In this document: positions 1-7,589 of the stretch, in pieces | Layout of the letters: every line of letters starts with the position of its first letter | Numbering within the stretch: the first letter of the stretch is position 1 | Sequence record: MK504444.1 | DNA length: 24,000 nt | Reading direction: 5' to 3' (one strand) | From: Lactobacillus phage 3-521 | Position numbers and translations under genes: made by a program | Notes under the pieces: generated by a model | Databases searched by the model: none | Seen by the model: the letters and a program-made list of their open reading frames with translations, nothing else | What the model was told of the DNA's origin: nothing

Positions 1-225
1 ATATACCAATGTGCTTGATGAGTTTTAACCCAAAGTACATGCGCATCGGCTAAAATCTGATTCATTGTTTCAATTGAATTACCATAATTATATTCAACAT
101 TAGATTTAAGAACATCAGACATTTTTTTACCACCTTTTCCTATTTATTAGCTGATTAAAACAAGTTAATTAAAGTGCTTGCACCACCCTTATGCTGGCGT
201 TTTACCTTATTGTATTTATGCTACA

Positions 226-296
226 AGCGGACAACGAGAATTGAACTCGCATCTACAGCTTGGAAGGCTGTTATTCTACCATTGAACTATGTCCGC
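226..296 (-). tRNA. tRNA-Gly (anticodon TCC)
   Basis: Reverse complement GCGGACA-TA-GTTC..., anticodon loop CTTCCAA, T arm with GTTCAATTC, acceptor GCGGACA/TGTCCGC, discriminator T. Confidence 0.9.
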
Positions 297-497
297 ATAA
301 CAGGCGGTACCTACATCGGTCAGCGACCTTGCCACTAACTATTATGGTTAGCAGTTACCTACCGTAGCAAGCCTTGGTAGATATGTTAGTACCCCAATAG
401 TATTACTATACCTGCTATAGTAACTAAATTTAGCTACTATCCTTCATCAGTAAGCTGGTTTTGTAGAGTTCCATAAACTCTTACCTTATAAAAGGTA

Positions 498-614
498 CGA
501 GAAAGGAAGGGGTCGAACCTTCATGAGTACCTATACCGTTAACAACTAGTATGTTAACTAGATACTACCTACATAGGCCTGTGGCCTACAGCACTACCTT
601 TGTGCTACTTTCTC
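498..614 (-). tRNA. Aberrant class II tRNA-like element, ~117 nt
   Basis: Perfect acceptor GAGAAAG/CTTTCTC, discriminator G, D arm GCAC-AAAGGTA-GTGC, T arm GAAGG-TTCGACC-CCTTC. The anticodon arm GTAGG-CCACAGG-CCTAT has C instead of T at position 33, and there is a ~49 nt variable/insert region with an internal GTTAAC...GTTAAC stem. Confidence 0.5.
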
Positions 615-648
615 TTGCTATCATGTAACCAATTAAGTGAGGTAGCTT

Positions 649-708
649 TGCGGATTGCCTAAGTCTTGAACAGGCACACAATCTCTTCACGCGATGATAT
701 ACGTCCGC
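649..708 (-). pseudogene. Possible degenerate tRNA remnant (60 nt)
   Basis: Reverse complement starts GCGGACG and ends AATCCGCA (5 bp acceptor pairing) with a GTTCAAGAC T-loop-like segment. No convincing D or anticodon arm. Confidence 0.25.
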
Positions 709-820
709 CACTTTTTATCTATTGTATAAGCCTGTTTATTTTCACAATAGATTCTTTTACTGGAGGCAAATTAGCTTTATTTACCAGAAGCTACCTGGAG
801 GAGTCACCTTGGACCCCTAT

Positions 821-893
821 TGCGGTTGCAGGAGTCGAACCTACTATTTATAGGTTATGAGCCTATCGTGATAATTCCGTTTCACTCTACCGC
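821..893 (-). tRNA. tRNA-Met/Ile2-type (anticodon CAT)
   Basis: GCGGTAG...ATAGG-CTCATAA-CCTAT...GTAGG-TTCGACT-CCTGC-CAACCGC-A. One A-A mismatch in the acceptor stem. Confidence 0.85.
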
Positions 894-895
894 TA

Positions 896-969
896 TCAGG
901 ATAGCTAGATTTGAACTAGCGACTTCTCGCTTCCAAGGCGAGCGACCTACCAAACTGGCCTATATCCTG
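896..969 (-). tRNA. tRNA-Pro (anticodon TGG)
   Basis: Perfect acceptor CAGGATA/TATCCTG, D arm GGCC...GGTC, anticodon arm CTCGC-CTTGGAA-GCGAG, T arm GCTAG-TTCAAAT-CTAGC. Confidence 0.9.
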
Positions 970-981
970 TTAATAACTATA

Positions 982-1058
982 TGCTACCAGCATGATTTGA
1001 ACCTGCAAGGTATCTCTACCACGAGGTTCTAAACCTCGTGTGCCTACCAATTACATCA
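982..1058 (-). pseudogene. tRNA-Leu (anticodon TAG) lacking a matching 5' acceptor strand
   Basis: Anticodon arm CACGAGG-TTTAGAA-CCTCGTG, variable arm GGTA-GAGA-TACC, T arm, and 3' acceptor TGGTAGC-A are present. The sequence 5' of the D arm is TCAACACA from the adjacent 200 bp repeat, not GCTACCA. Confidence 0.6.
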
Positions 1059-1258
1059 TGTGTTGAACCCTTGTCAAATAACTAAGGCCGTACCCTATTA
1101 AATTTGCAAGAGCTTCAAGGAAACTACAAGACTTGTTAGCAAGAAACTGTTAATAGTGGTCTCAGTATATTTACCTTGCTTTTTTAAGGACTTCCCTAAC
1201 AACCTTGGGTAATGTCCACATTATTATGTAGAAGGGAATACCAGCTCCCCTTAATTAA
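1059..1258 (-). repeat. ~200 bp direct repeat, copy 1
   Basis: Near-identical to 2730..2930 (TGTTGAACCCTTGTCAAATAACTAAGGCCGTACCCTATTAAATTTGCAAGAGCTTCAAG... to CTCCCCTTAAT). Confidence 0.95.
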
Positions 1259-1316
1259 GCTATAATGATGAGTTCCATTCTTCCAAAGTTAATGCATTCT
1301 ATCATCATTTTTATTA

Positions 1317-1390
1317 TGCTCCTGACAGGACTTGAACCTGTGACCTCCTGATTACAAATCAGGTGCTCTACCACTCTGAGCTACGGGAGC
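1317..1390 (-). tRNA. tRNA-Thr (anticodon TGT)
   Basis: GCTCCCG-TA-GCTC-AGAGTGGTA-GAGC-A-CCTGA-TTTGTAA-TCAGG...ACAGG-TTCAAGT-CCTGT-CAGGAGC-A. One acceptor mismatch. Confidence 0.9.
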
Positions 1391-1419
1391 TAATACCTGG
1401 TACTTTATATTACCTGATA

Positions 1420-1447
1420 ATTATACCACATTTTACTTGTTTGTCAA
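1420..1447 (-). promoter_or_regulatory. Putative sigma-A-like promoter for the tRNA cluster
   Basis: Minus strand TTGACA-N16-TATAAT (TTGACAAACAAGTAAAATGTGGTATAAT), immediately upstream of tRNA-Thr. Confidence 0.8.
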
Positions 1448-1488
1448 CCTTTTTATTAGTTAATATCTTTATAGGGACTACTACCCAT

Positions 1489-1515
1489 ATATGATACAAG
1501 ATAATTGTATCATAT
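1489..1515 (-). ncRNA. Hairpin at tnpB 3' end, possible part of an omega/reRNA or element right end
   Basis: Perfect 11 bp stem ATATGATACAA-TTATC-TTGTATCATAT (minus strand), abutting the tnpB stop codon. Confidence 0.45.
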
Positions 1516-2648
1516 TACTTTTCCATTGTCAAGGCAGCATCCAAAATGTTTTTAGCTGCATTAATATCTCTATCATGATGGGTACCACACTTAGGACAAG
1601 TCCATTCACGGTCAGACAAAGTTAGTTTGTCATCGCCAGTAAGTCTGTACCCACATGAGTTACAAGTTTGACTAGAAGGATAGAATCGGTCAACTTTAAT
1701 AACCTTTTTACCGTACCAATCAGCCTTGTACTCTAATTGTCTAGTAAACTCGTACAAACTAACGTCGGATACTGCTTTAGCTAATTTATGGTTAGATAGC
1801 ATACCCTTAACGTTTAAGTCTTCAATACCAATTGAATCATACTTGGTTACAATATCTTTACTTACCTGATGGATGTACGCCTTACGTTGGTTTTGAAGAT
1901 GTTCATAGGCTTTAGCTCGTTTAATCTTAGCTTTGATACGTCCATGGCTACCTTTAGCTTTTCTAGCTAACGCTCTATCTGCCTTAACTAGCTGTTTCTT
2001 AGCCTTATTAATAGCATGTAAATTAGGGTATTTATCCCCATCAGAGGTAATAACAAAGTCTTTTACCCCTAAGTCTAAGCCAACATTATTACCTGTATGG
2101 TAATCAATTGAATCAAAGTAGTCATCAGGTACTTCTACTCCAATAGAAGCATAGTACTTACCACTTCTAGTTTCTGATACCGTTACAGATATAATACGAC
2201 AATTATCAGGAAGTTCCCTATGTAGCACAATCTTAATAGGACTAATTTTAGGTAACTTAATTTTACCATCAGCTATTTTAATGTTATTATTTCTTTTATC
2301 TTTCTTTGTAGTATATGACCAAGAAGCTTTATAGTAACTTTTGAACTTAGGAAATCCCACCTTTTGGTGCTTCTTAATGCCTCTAAAGAAATTCTTATAT
2401 GCAGTATCTAAGTGTCTTATAGCATAAGATAATGCGTTAGAATCGCAGTCTTTTAAGAAAAGATTCTTAGTATCTTTGTATAAAAAAGTTACATTTTTAA
2501 TTTTAGACTTTCCAGTAGACTCATACTGTTCTTTAGCATCCGCTAATAACGCATTGTACACATACCTAGCTCCATTAATATTAATCCAAATTTTTTCTTG
2601 TTGCTCTTTATTTGGATAAATTCTATACTTGTAAGAAAAATTCTTCAT
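1515..2648 (-). CDS. tnpB: IS200/IS605-family RNA-guided nuclease TnpB-like protein (377 aa)
   Basis: N-terminal YKYRIYPNKEQ, RuvC-like GLDLGVKDF and IEDLNVKGM, zinc finger CNSCGY...CPKCGT, C-terminal DRDINAAKNI. RBS AAGGAG upstream. Confidence 0.95.
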   Translation of the reverse strand: MKNFSYKYRIYPNKEQQEKIWININGARYVYNALLADAKEQYESTGKSKIKNVTFLYKDTKNLFLKDCDSNALSYAIRHLDTAYKNFFRGIKKHQKVGFPKFKSYYKASWSYTTKKDKRNNNIKIADGKIKLPKISPIKIVLHRELPDNCRIISVTVSETRSGKYYASIGVEVPDDYFDSIDYHTGNNVGLDLGVKDFVITSDGDKYPNLHAINKAKKQLVKADRALARKAKGSHGRIKAKIKRAKAYEHLQNQRKAYIHQVSKDIVTKYDSIGIEDLNVKGMLSNHKLAKAVSDVSLYEFTRQLEYKADWYGKKVIKVDRFYPSSQTCNSCGYRLTGDDKLTLSDREWTCPKCGTHHDRDINAAKNILDAALTMEK

Positions 2649-2729
2649 GATATTTAATCTCCTTGTACTGGACCCTTGTCAAACAGGTAGGGTCGTACCC
2701 TTATAACGTTGAGGAGACCCATTACTTTT

Positions 2730-2930
2730 TGTGTTGAACCCTTGTCAAATAACTAAGGCCGTACCCTATTAAATTTGCAAGAGCTTCAAGGGAACTACAA
2801 GACTTGTTAACAAAAAACTGTTAATAATGGTCTCAGTATATTTACCTCGCTTTTTTAAGGACTTACCTAACAACCTTGGGTAATGTCCACATTGTTATGT
2901 ATAAGGGGAGGGCCAACTCCCCTTAATCAA
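2730..2930 (-). repeat. ~200 bp direct repeat, copy 2
   Basis: Near-identical to 1059..1258. Contains minus-strand hairpin TAAGGGGAG-TTGGCC-CTCCCCTTA. Confidence 0.95.
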
Positions 2931-2966
2931 GTTTAGTTTGGGGGGATTTCTACCTCTCCATAAAAT

Positions 2967-2995
2967 AGTGTACCACTAGTAACTTACTTTGTCAA
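2967..2995 (-). promoter_or_regulatory. Putative promoter upstream of repeat copy 2/tnpB
   Basis: Minus strand TTGACA-N17-TACACT (TTGACAAAGTAAGTTACTAGTGGTACACT). Confidence 0.6.
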
Positions 2996-3244
2996 CCTAT
3001 TTTGTACTAAGTCTCCTAGAAGTCTTAGTATAATGTACAATACTGCTACAATTGTTTCTCTGATGTCTACCTGATACCTGATAGGGTAACCTACTATAAT
3101 TGAAGACAAAGCCCGTGATACATAGAAAAGGCTAATCATATCCAAAGCTAATCTAGTAGTAAATCCTAATACAGCTCCTAGTATGCCACCTAAGGTACTA
3201 CCCATATCTTTCCCGGGCTTTTGTACTCGTTTCATCAGCAGCAC
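2984..3244 (-). CDS. Small hypothetical protein with hydrophobic segments
   Basis: 86-codon ORF in the operon direction, adjacent to the next gene. Confidence 0.6.
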   Translation of the reverse strand: MLLMKRVQKPGKDMGSTLGGILGAVLGFTTRLALDMISLFYVSRALSSIIVGYPIRYQVDIRETIVAVLYIILRLLGDLVQNRLTK

Positions 3245-3253
3245 CTTCTTTTG

Positions 3254-3433
3254 TCATTCATAGTTATCCCACCACAGGTAATAAATAGCTTTCTTTGAAG
3301 ATTGCCACCAGGTGTTACCTTTGTTTAAGTGGTGGTACACAGGAATTAGTACAATTAGTCCAACAGTACCCGCAAATAGTAGCACTACTGAAAGAACGAG
3401 ATAGTACAATCCATAACACAGATATCTTAACAT
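3254..3433 (-). CDS. Small putative membrane protein
   Basis: Internal ATG at 3433 with AAGGGG-type RBS. MLRYLCYGLYYLVLSVVLLFAGTVGLIVLIPVYHH is a transmembrane-like segment. The tracked start at 3496 overlaps tdk. Confidence 0.6.
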   Translation of the reverse strand: MLRYLCYGLYYLVLSVVLLFAGTVGLIVLIPVYHHLNKGNTWWQSSKKAIYYLWWDNYE

Positions 3434-3446
3434 GTTAATATTCCCC

Positions 3447-4079
3447 TTACTTATCCTCTGCGTTGTACACTTTCTGTACCTGATTACTATCTTCACCCTG
3501 TTTCTTTTCTAGCCAGTGATGATTGCAGACAACTTTATAGTTAGTATCTCCAATAACTACATCACCCTTAGAAGTATCAAACACAGGCTTACCATCTACT
3601 AGTAACAAGTTATGTGTTGCCTTTTTACCACAATAGTCACAGATAGTTTTAATTTCTCTGATATCGTCAGCCCGTTCAACCCAGGCCTTTGAACCATCAA
3701 ACAAGTTACCCCCAAAGTTAGTTAACAGACCATAAGCCATAACGGTTAAGTCTTCAGCTGAGTCACACAACTCATTTACAAAAATAGGAGATAAAAATTG
3801 GCATTCATCAATTAGTACTGGACGTTTATTAACGTAAGCGTCCCCAACAAGTTCCTGTACCCAATCAAAGTAATCAGGTAAATTACTTGGAATAACATAA
3901 TCAGCTTCTTCACTAATACCTACTCGACTTGCAATTGTATTTTCTCCCGAACGAGTATCAGACTGTGGCTTAACTAAAATAGGTTCAATACCTTTTTCAG
4001 TATAATTATGGTACACCATCAAAAGGTTAGCCGTCTTAGAAGATTTCATTGTTCCGTAATAATAAAATATTTTGCCCAT
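3447..4079 (-). CDS. tdk: Thymidine kinase
   Basis: P-loop-like YYGTMKSSKTANLL, VLIDECQFL, YGLLTNFGGNLF and a zinc-binding CDYCGKKA...CNHH pattern typical of type II thymidine kinases. Confidence 0.93.
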   Translation of the reverse strand: MGKIFYYYGTMKSSKTANLLMVYHNYTEKGIEPILVKPQSDTRSGENTIASRVGISEEADYVIPSNLPDYFDWVQELVGDAYVNKRPVLIDECQFLSPIFVNELCDSAEDLTVMAYGLLTNFGGNLFDGSKAWVERADDIREIKTICDYCGKKATHNLLLVDGKPVFDTSKGDVVIGDTNYKVVCNHHWLEKKQGEDSNQVQKVYNAEDK

Positions 4080-4582
4080 TAGAATACCTCATGTGTACAT
4101 ACAGGATTAGATGGAAAATGATTGAAATCATAGCTAGCTAACTGTTCCAAATCGGTATCTCCATCAATAAATGCAGTTGCCCCTCTAGCAATCATTAAGT
4201 TAACCTTTACATCCTCTTTATGAGAAAAGGTAACTACAATAGCAGGCTTACCCATAGAACGCATGTACCCAATTTCAAATGCTGTACCATCATCCAAATT
4301 ATCTAAATCGTACAGGAATACACCACAATCTGAGGTTCCCATAGCAGATAAGTCATTTTGGTACGTCGCTACTTGCCATTCCAAACTGCCAAATACACCA
4401 TCTTGATTATCAATAGTTGCATCTTTGTACTGATAGTCAAAAGGAAAGTGTACAACAGCTACTGTAGGATTACAAGATAATAAGCTGCTTGCCTTACCTA
4501 CCCGTTCTTTTTGTTCAGGGTTAAACCAAGGGGTTGCCAGATAAATCTTTGCAGTACTTCTAACTTCCATGCGCTTGTCCAA
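4079..4582 (-). CDS. Nucleoside 2-deoxyribosyltransferase-like protein
   Basis: KIYLATPWFNPEQKERV, DCGVFLYDLDNLDDGTAFEIGYMRSMGKPAIVV. The start is probably TTG at 4582 (GGAG RBS) or ATG 4570; the tracked start 4636 runs into tRNA-Arg. Confidence 0.85.
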   Translation of the reverse strand: MDKRMEVRSTAKIYLATPWFNPEQKERVGKASSLLSCNPTVAVVHFPFDYQYKDATIDNQDGVFGSLEWQVATYQNDLSAMGTSDCGVFLYDLDNLDDGTAFEIGYMRSMGKPAIVVTFSHKEDVKVNLMIARGATAFIDGDTDLEQLASYDFNHFPSNPVCTHEVF

Positions 4583-4611
4583 TATAGTCTCCAGCTTTCT
4601 ATTATAGTTAA

Positions 4612-4684
4612 TGCACTCTGTGGGTATCGAACCCACAACCTACAGTTTAGAAGACTGTTGCTCTATCCATTGAGCTAAGAGTGC
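4612..4684 (-). tRNA. tRNA-Arg (anticodon TCT)
   Basis: GCACTCT-TA-GCTC...GAGC, ACAGT-CTTCTAA-ACTGT, TGTGG-GTTCGAT-CCACA-type T arm, perfect acceptor GCACTCT/AGAGTGC, discriminator A. Confidence 0.93.
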
Positions 4685-4731
4685 AGGCATTATTGGTTAC
4701 TAACCAATTTGCATAACCAAAGTATACTTAT

Positions 4732-4760
4732 ATACTACCACCTAAAGTATCCGATGTCAA
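4732..4760 (-). promoter_or_regulatory. Putative promoter upstream of tRNA-Arg
   Basis: Minus strand TTGACA-N17-TAGTAT with GTGG just 5' of the -10. Confidence 0.6.
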
Positions 4761-4762
4761 GT

Positions 4763-5527
4763 TTATTTTTTACTTTTCATTCTAGTTATTTCATTATGAT
4801 TAAGTACCAGTACCTTGCTGTCTTTAATAACCTGTTTAATACTAGCTATTCGTTCTTCATGATGAGTATCTTTTCCATAACCATTACTGGTTAGTACAAC
4901 AAATTCTGGTAAGGACTCGTACAGTTGAAAAGTTGTTCTCCGTAAAAAAGAGGGGTTAACTAAAGGGTACGATAAAGGGTACAACAGCATTCTCTCATTA
5001 TAATCCTTAAATCGGGTCATTGTAATGTAATAGTTACCATAATAATAGCAGCTTACCCCGATGTACAATCTAGTAGCTATACCATGTATCTCTAGCTGTT
5101 TAATGTACTCTGCAATAAAAACACCGTCATCTGCCAGTACCCCTGAATCGTAACGACTAGCCATCCCTCTATCGTACACTAACGTTACTGAGGGTACCGG
5201 ATTAGACATAGGTACATGTCGGTACATGTTTTTAGGAATACCCAGTATATACGCTGGTACACAAGGATTGCTACCAACAAGGTCTCTTACAGTACTACTT
5301 TTAGTATCAAAATTAGTCATAACCTGGTACCTTCCTTGTGCTTCCTTAATTTGATTAAAACTTGCTTGGTCCCCTTTTTTAAGCAACTGTACCGAAGATT
5401 CGTAGTTAGGTGTACCATACCAGGAATCATCATCAGTATCCCTAGAGGAAGCATAAGGTACTAAAGGTGTCTCATTTAGCTGGCTGTACAAGTCACTAAT
5501 ATTATTTATAATCAACTTGTGTATCAT
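4763..5527 (-). CDS. Hypothetical protein, possible partner of the MoxR-like ATPase
   Basis: Intact 254 aa ORF. Segment SVTLVYDRGMASRYDSGVLADDGVFIAEYIKQLEIHGIATRLYIG has a vWA-like strand/helix pattern. Confidence 0.75.
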   Translation of the reverse strand: MIHKLIINNISDLYSQLNETPLVPYASSRDTDDDSWYGTPNYESSVQLLKKGDQASFNQIKEAQGRYQVMTNFDTKSSTVRDLVGSNPCVPAYILGIPKNMYRHVPMSNPVPSVTLVYDRGMASRYDSGVLADDGVFIAEYIKQLEIHGIATRLYIGVSCYYYGNYYITMTRFKDYNERMLLYPLSYPLVNPSFLRRTTFQLYESLPEFVVLTSNGYGKDTHHEERIASIKQVIKDSKVLVLNHNEITRMKSKK

Positions 5528-5708
5528 TAAGGGTCACCTCTGGGTTTTCCTCTAAGAAGTTATCAAGTAGCAAAGGTACCTCAGAAGGGGAGTCATAGAT
5601 ACCTAAAATAAGGTCATTGCTTTTAATCTTGCTTGGACTCTCTTGTTCCTTAATAGCGTACAGCTTATGAGTATCTTGACTAATGAATAACATGTACATG
5701 ATAACCAC
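5502..5708 (-). CDS. Small hypothetical protein
   Basis: 68 aa ORF in operon orientation, overlapping the start of the next gene. Confidence 0.6.
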   Translation of the reverse strand: MVIMYMLFISQDTHKLYAIKEQESPSKIKSNDLILGIYDSPSEVPLLLDNFLEENPEVTLNDTQVDYK

Positions 5709-5725
5709 CTCCGAAGCACCTTATA

Positions 5726-6511
5726 CTATTCTTTGAATAACATTTTAAGTACATTTACATATTTATTTTCTGTATCATTTAAGTTAGAAGCAATTAGCTG
5801 TTTGGTACTTGTTGTCATACCCTTTAGTACAACATAGTTAACAATCTCTAAGGTATTTAGCACCATTTCAAGTTTGCTACCATTAACTACCGCTCTCATA
5901 GATATAGGATAATCTATTTCTTTGTCTGCTAGTACATGACGACAAGCTTGTACAAACTCTACTAATTCTGTATCATCACTAAGTTTTTTCTCTAGTTCTT
6001 CATCATAGTTAAAGTCTAAAAGTACAAACCTGTCCAATGTAGCAGCATCTAGTATATGACGTCCTGTATACTGCTGGTCAGCTCCCCTACCTGTTGTATT
6101 AGCAGCAGCCACTACAGTAAAATCAGGATGTGCTTGAGCTTTACCATTAGGAAAATTAAAGTACCGATTAGCAATTGCAGCATTCAGTATAACTAAAGCC
6201 TCTGGTACCGAAGCATCCATTTCATCTAAGAAAAATATACCCCCCTTAGTAAAAGCTTGGTAAAACTGAGTCTCCTGATATGTACCAGAAGCGTCAATAA
6301 ACCCAGTTAATTTGTACTCCTCAGTAACAGCATTAGTAAAATAAAAGTCTTTTCCCAAATCTTTAGCTACCTGTTCTAGTACCACATTTTTACCAGAACC
6401 AGCAGGTCCAACTAGCAGTAAAGGTACCTGTTGTTCGATAATACCTTTAACTTCTTTATACTTACGATGATGTAACTCATTAATCATCTTTTGGGTCTCC
6501 TTCATGTACAC
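5726..6511 (-). CDS. MoxR/CbbQ-type AAA+ ATPase
   Basis: Walker A VGPAGSGKNVVLEQ, Walker B KGGIFFLDEMDASVPE, VVAAANTTGRG, plus HILDAATLDRFVLLDF arginine-finger region. Confidence 0.9.
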   Translation of the reverse strand: MYMKETQKMINELHHRKYKEVKGIIEQQVPLLLVGPAGSGKNVVLEQVAKDLGKDFYFTNAVTEEYKLTGFIDASGTYQETQFYQAFTKGGIFFLDEMDASVPEALVILNAAIANRYFNFPNGKAQAHPDFTVVAAANTTGRGADQQYTGRHILDAATLDRFVLLDFNYDEELEKKLSDDTELVEFVQACRHVLADKEIDYPISMRAVVNGSKLEMVLNTLEIVNYVVLKGMTTSTKQLIASNLNDTENKYVNVLKMLFKE

Positions 6512-6914
6512 TAATGCTAGTCACATTTTCAATTGGAACTGCTACTGTTGAATGAGTACCTTGAGGGGTTATCTTTAAAATACCGTCACTCTTGTACAAA
6601 CTATCAATAATATCTTCAGACTTGTTAGGCATACTTTTAACAGACAATTTGATACATGAGCCATCAATAATTCCAAGTTCTACTGTGTACATAACTGAAT
6701 TTAAATGGAAATTTACCAAGTTAGCTAAGTCATTGTCGATGTACTCTTCCTTAGATTCCACAATATCATTCTCTTGGGAGTACCTGTCATTAATAACATC
6801 TTTAACTAAGTCTCTATCTGTACGATTTTTGTACAATTTACTAGCAATTTTTAGATAGGCATATACCCTAGCTAATTCATTTTCTTCGCTCTCAACTTGC
6901 TTAGATTCTTCCAT
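6480..6914 (-). CDS. Hypothetical protein
   Basis: 144 aa ORF in the operon, overlapping the ATPase start. Confidence 0.7.
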   Translation of the reverse strand: MEESKQVESEENELARVYAYLKIASKLYKNRTDRDLVKDVINDRYSQENDIVESKEEYIDNDLANLVNFHLNSVMYTVELGIIDGSCIKLSVKSMPNKSEDIIDSLYKSDGILKITPQGTHSTVAVPIENVTSISVHEGDPKDD

Positions 6915-6980
6915 AAGTAAAGCCCCCTGAATTGTATCTTATTTACTATTTTAACACACTTTTGACCTCTTATGTAATAT

Positions 6981-7011
6981 AAAAGGGACCAGTAGATACC
7001 TGGTCCCTTTT
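6981..7011. terminator. Bidirectional-looking intrinsic terminator
   Basis: AAAAGGGACCAG-TAGATAC-CTGGTCCCTTTT followed by T residues; perfect 12 bp stem. Confidence 0.85.
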
Positions 7012-7023
7012 TTGCTTGTACTC

Positions 7024-7584
7024 TTAGTCTTCTAGTCCCTTTGCAATAGCTCCTAGAGTAGAAATCCTTTCGTTTTTACGACTGTTAGCTCTACTAATAG
7101 CTGCCTGTGACTTTTCAATATCTTGCATAATATCATCATAGTAGTCAGGGCGTTTAACTTTGGATAATGAATTACACTTTTTAGCCATATCTGAAAAGTA
7201 CTCCGCGGTTTCTTCGGCCCAATCTTTATTATAGCTATGTTCCAGGTTGCTAATAGACCGTTTGAGGTCTACAACAGTTTCCTCATCCATAGGTACTGCA
7301 TCTTTAGGCTGGTACACTGGGTACAAAGTAACTACCCTACGATGATAAGTATCTAAAATGCCAATAACGTCATACCATTTGTAAACTTCTCTGCCTTCTG
7401 CTTGCTTATAAGTATACTCAGGATACTCATCTTCTTCGCACTTAGTACAATGAGTCAAAAAGTTAGATGTCCATTCCTTTATCCGTGGAGAAGGTACTGC
7501 AAACCGATGCAGCAATCGTTCCTCAGCATGTTCACTTAGCACATAAGTGTCAGGAAACTTCAAAGTCTCTCCCATATTACACAA
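7024..7584 (-). CDS. Hypothetical protein
   Basis: 186 aa ORF between terminator and helicase gene. Confidence 0.75.
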   Translation of the reverse strand: MCNMGETLKFPDTYVLSEHAEERLLHRFAVPSPRIKEWTSNFLTHCTKCEEDEYPEYTYKQAEGREVYKWYDVIGILDTYHRRVVTLYPVYQPKDAVPMDEETVVDLKRSISNLEHSYNKDWAEETAEYFSDMAKKCNSLSKVKRPDYYDDIMQDIEKSQAAISRANSRKNERISTLGAIAKGLED

Positions 7585-7589
7585 CTTCC

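Noticed and set aside
430-470. Hammerhead-like CUGAUGA core on the minus strand (CTTACTGATGAAGG)
   Set aside because: No matching GAAA core segment or three-way junction could be found nearby, so this is likely chance.
666-1032. Tracked plus-strand ORFs 666..860 and 820..1032
   Set aside because: They lie antisense across tRNA-Met, tRNA-Pro and tRNA-Leu sequences and have no supported RBS or family features.
1059-1080. GGTTCAACAC in the repeat read as a tRNA T-loop
   Set aside because: No flanking T stem pairing or acceptor partner, and it recurs in copy 2 with no other tRNA features.
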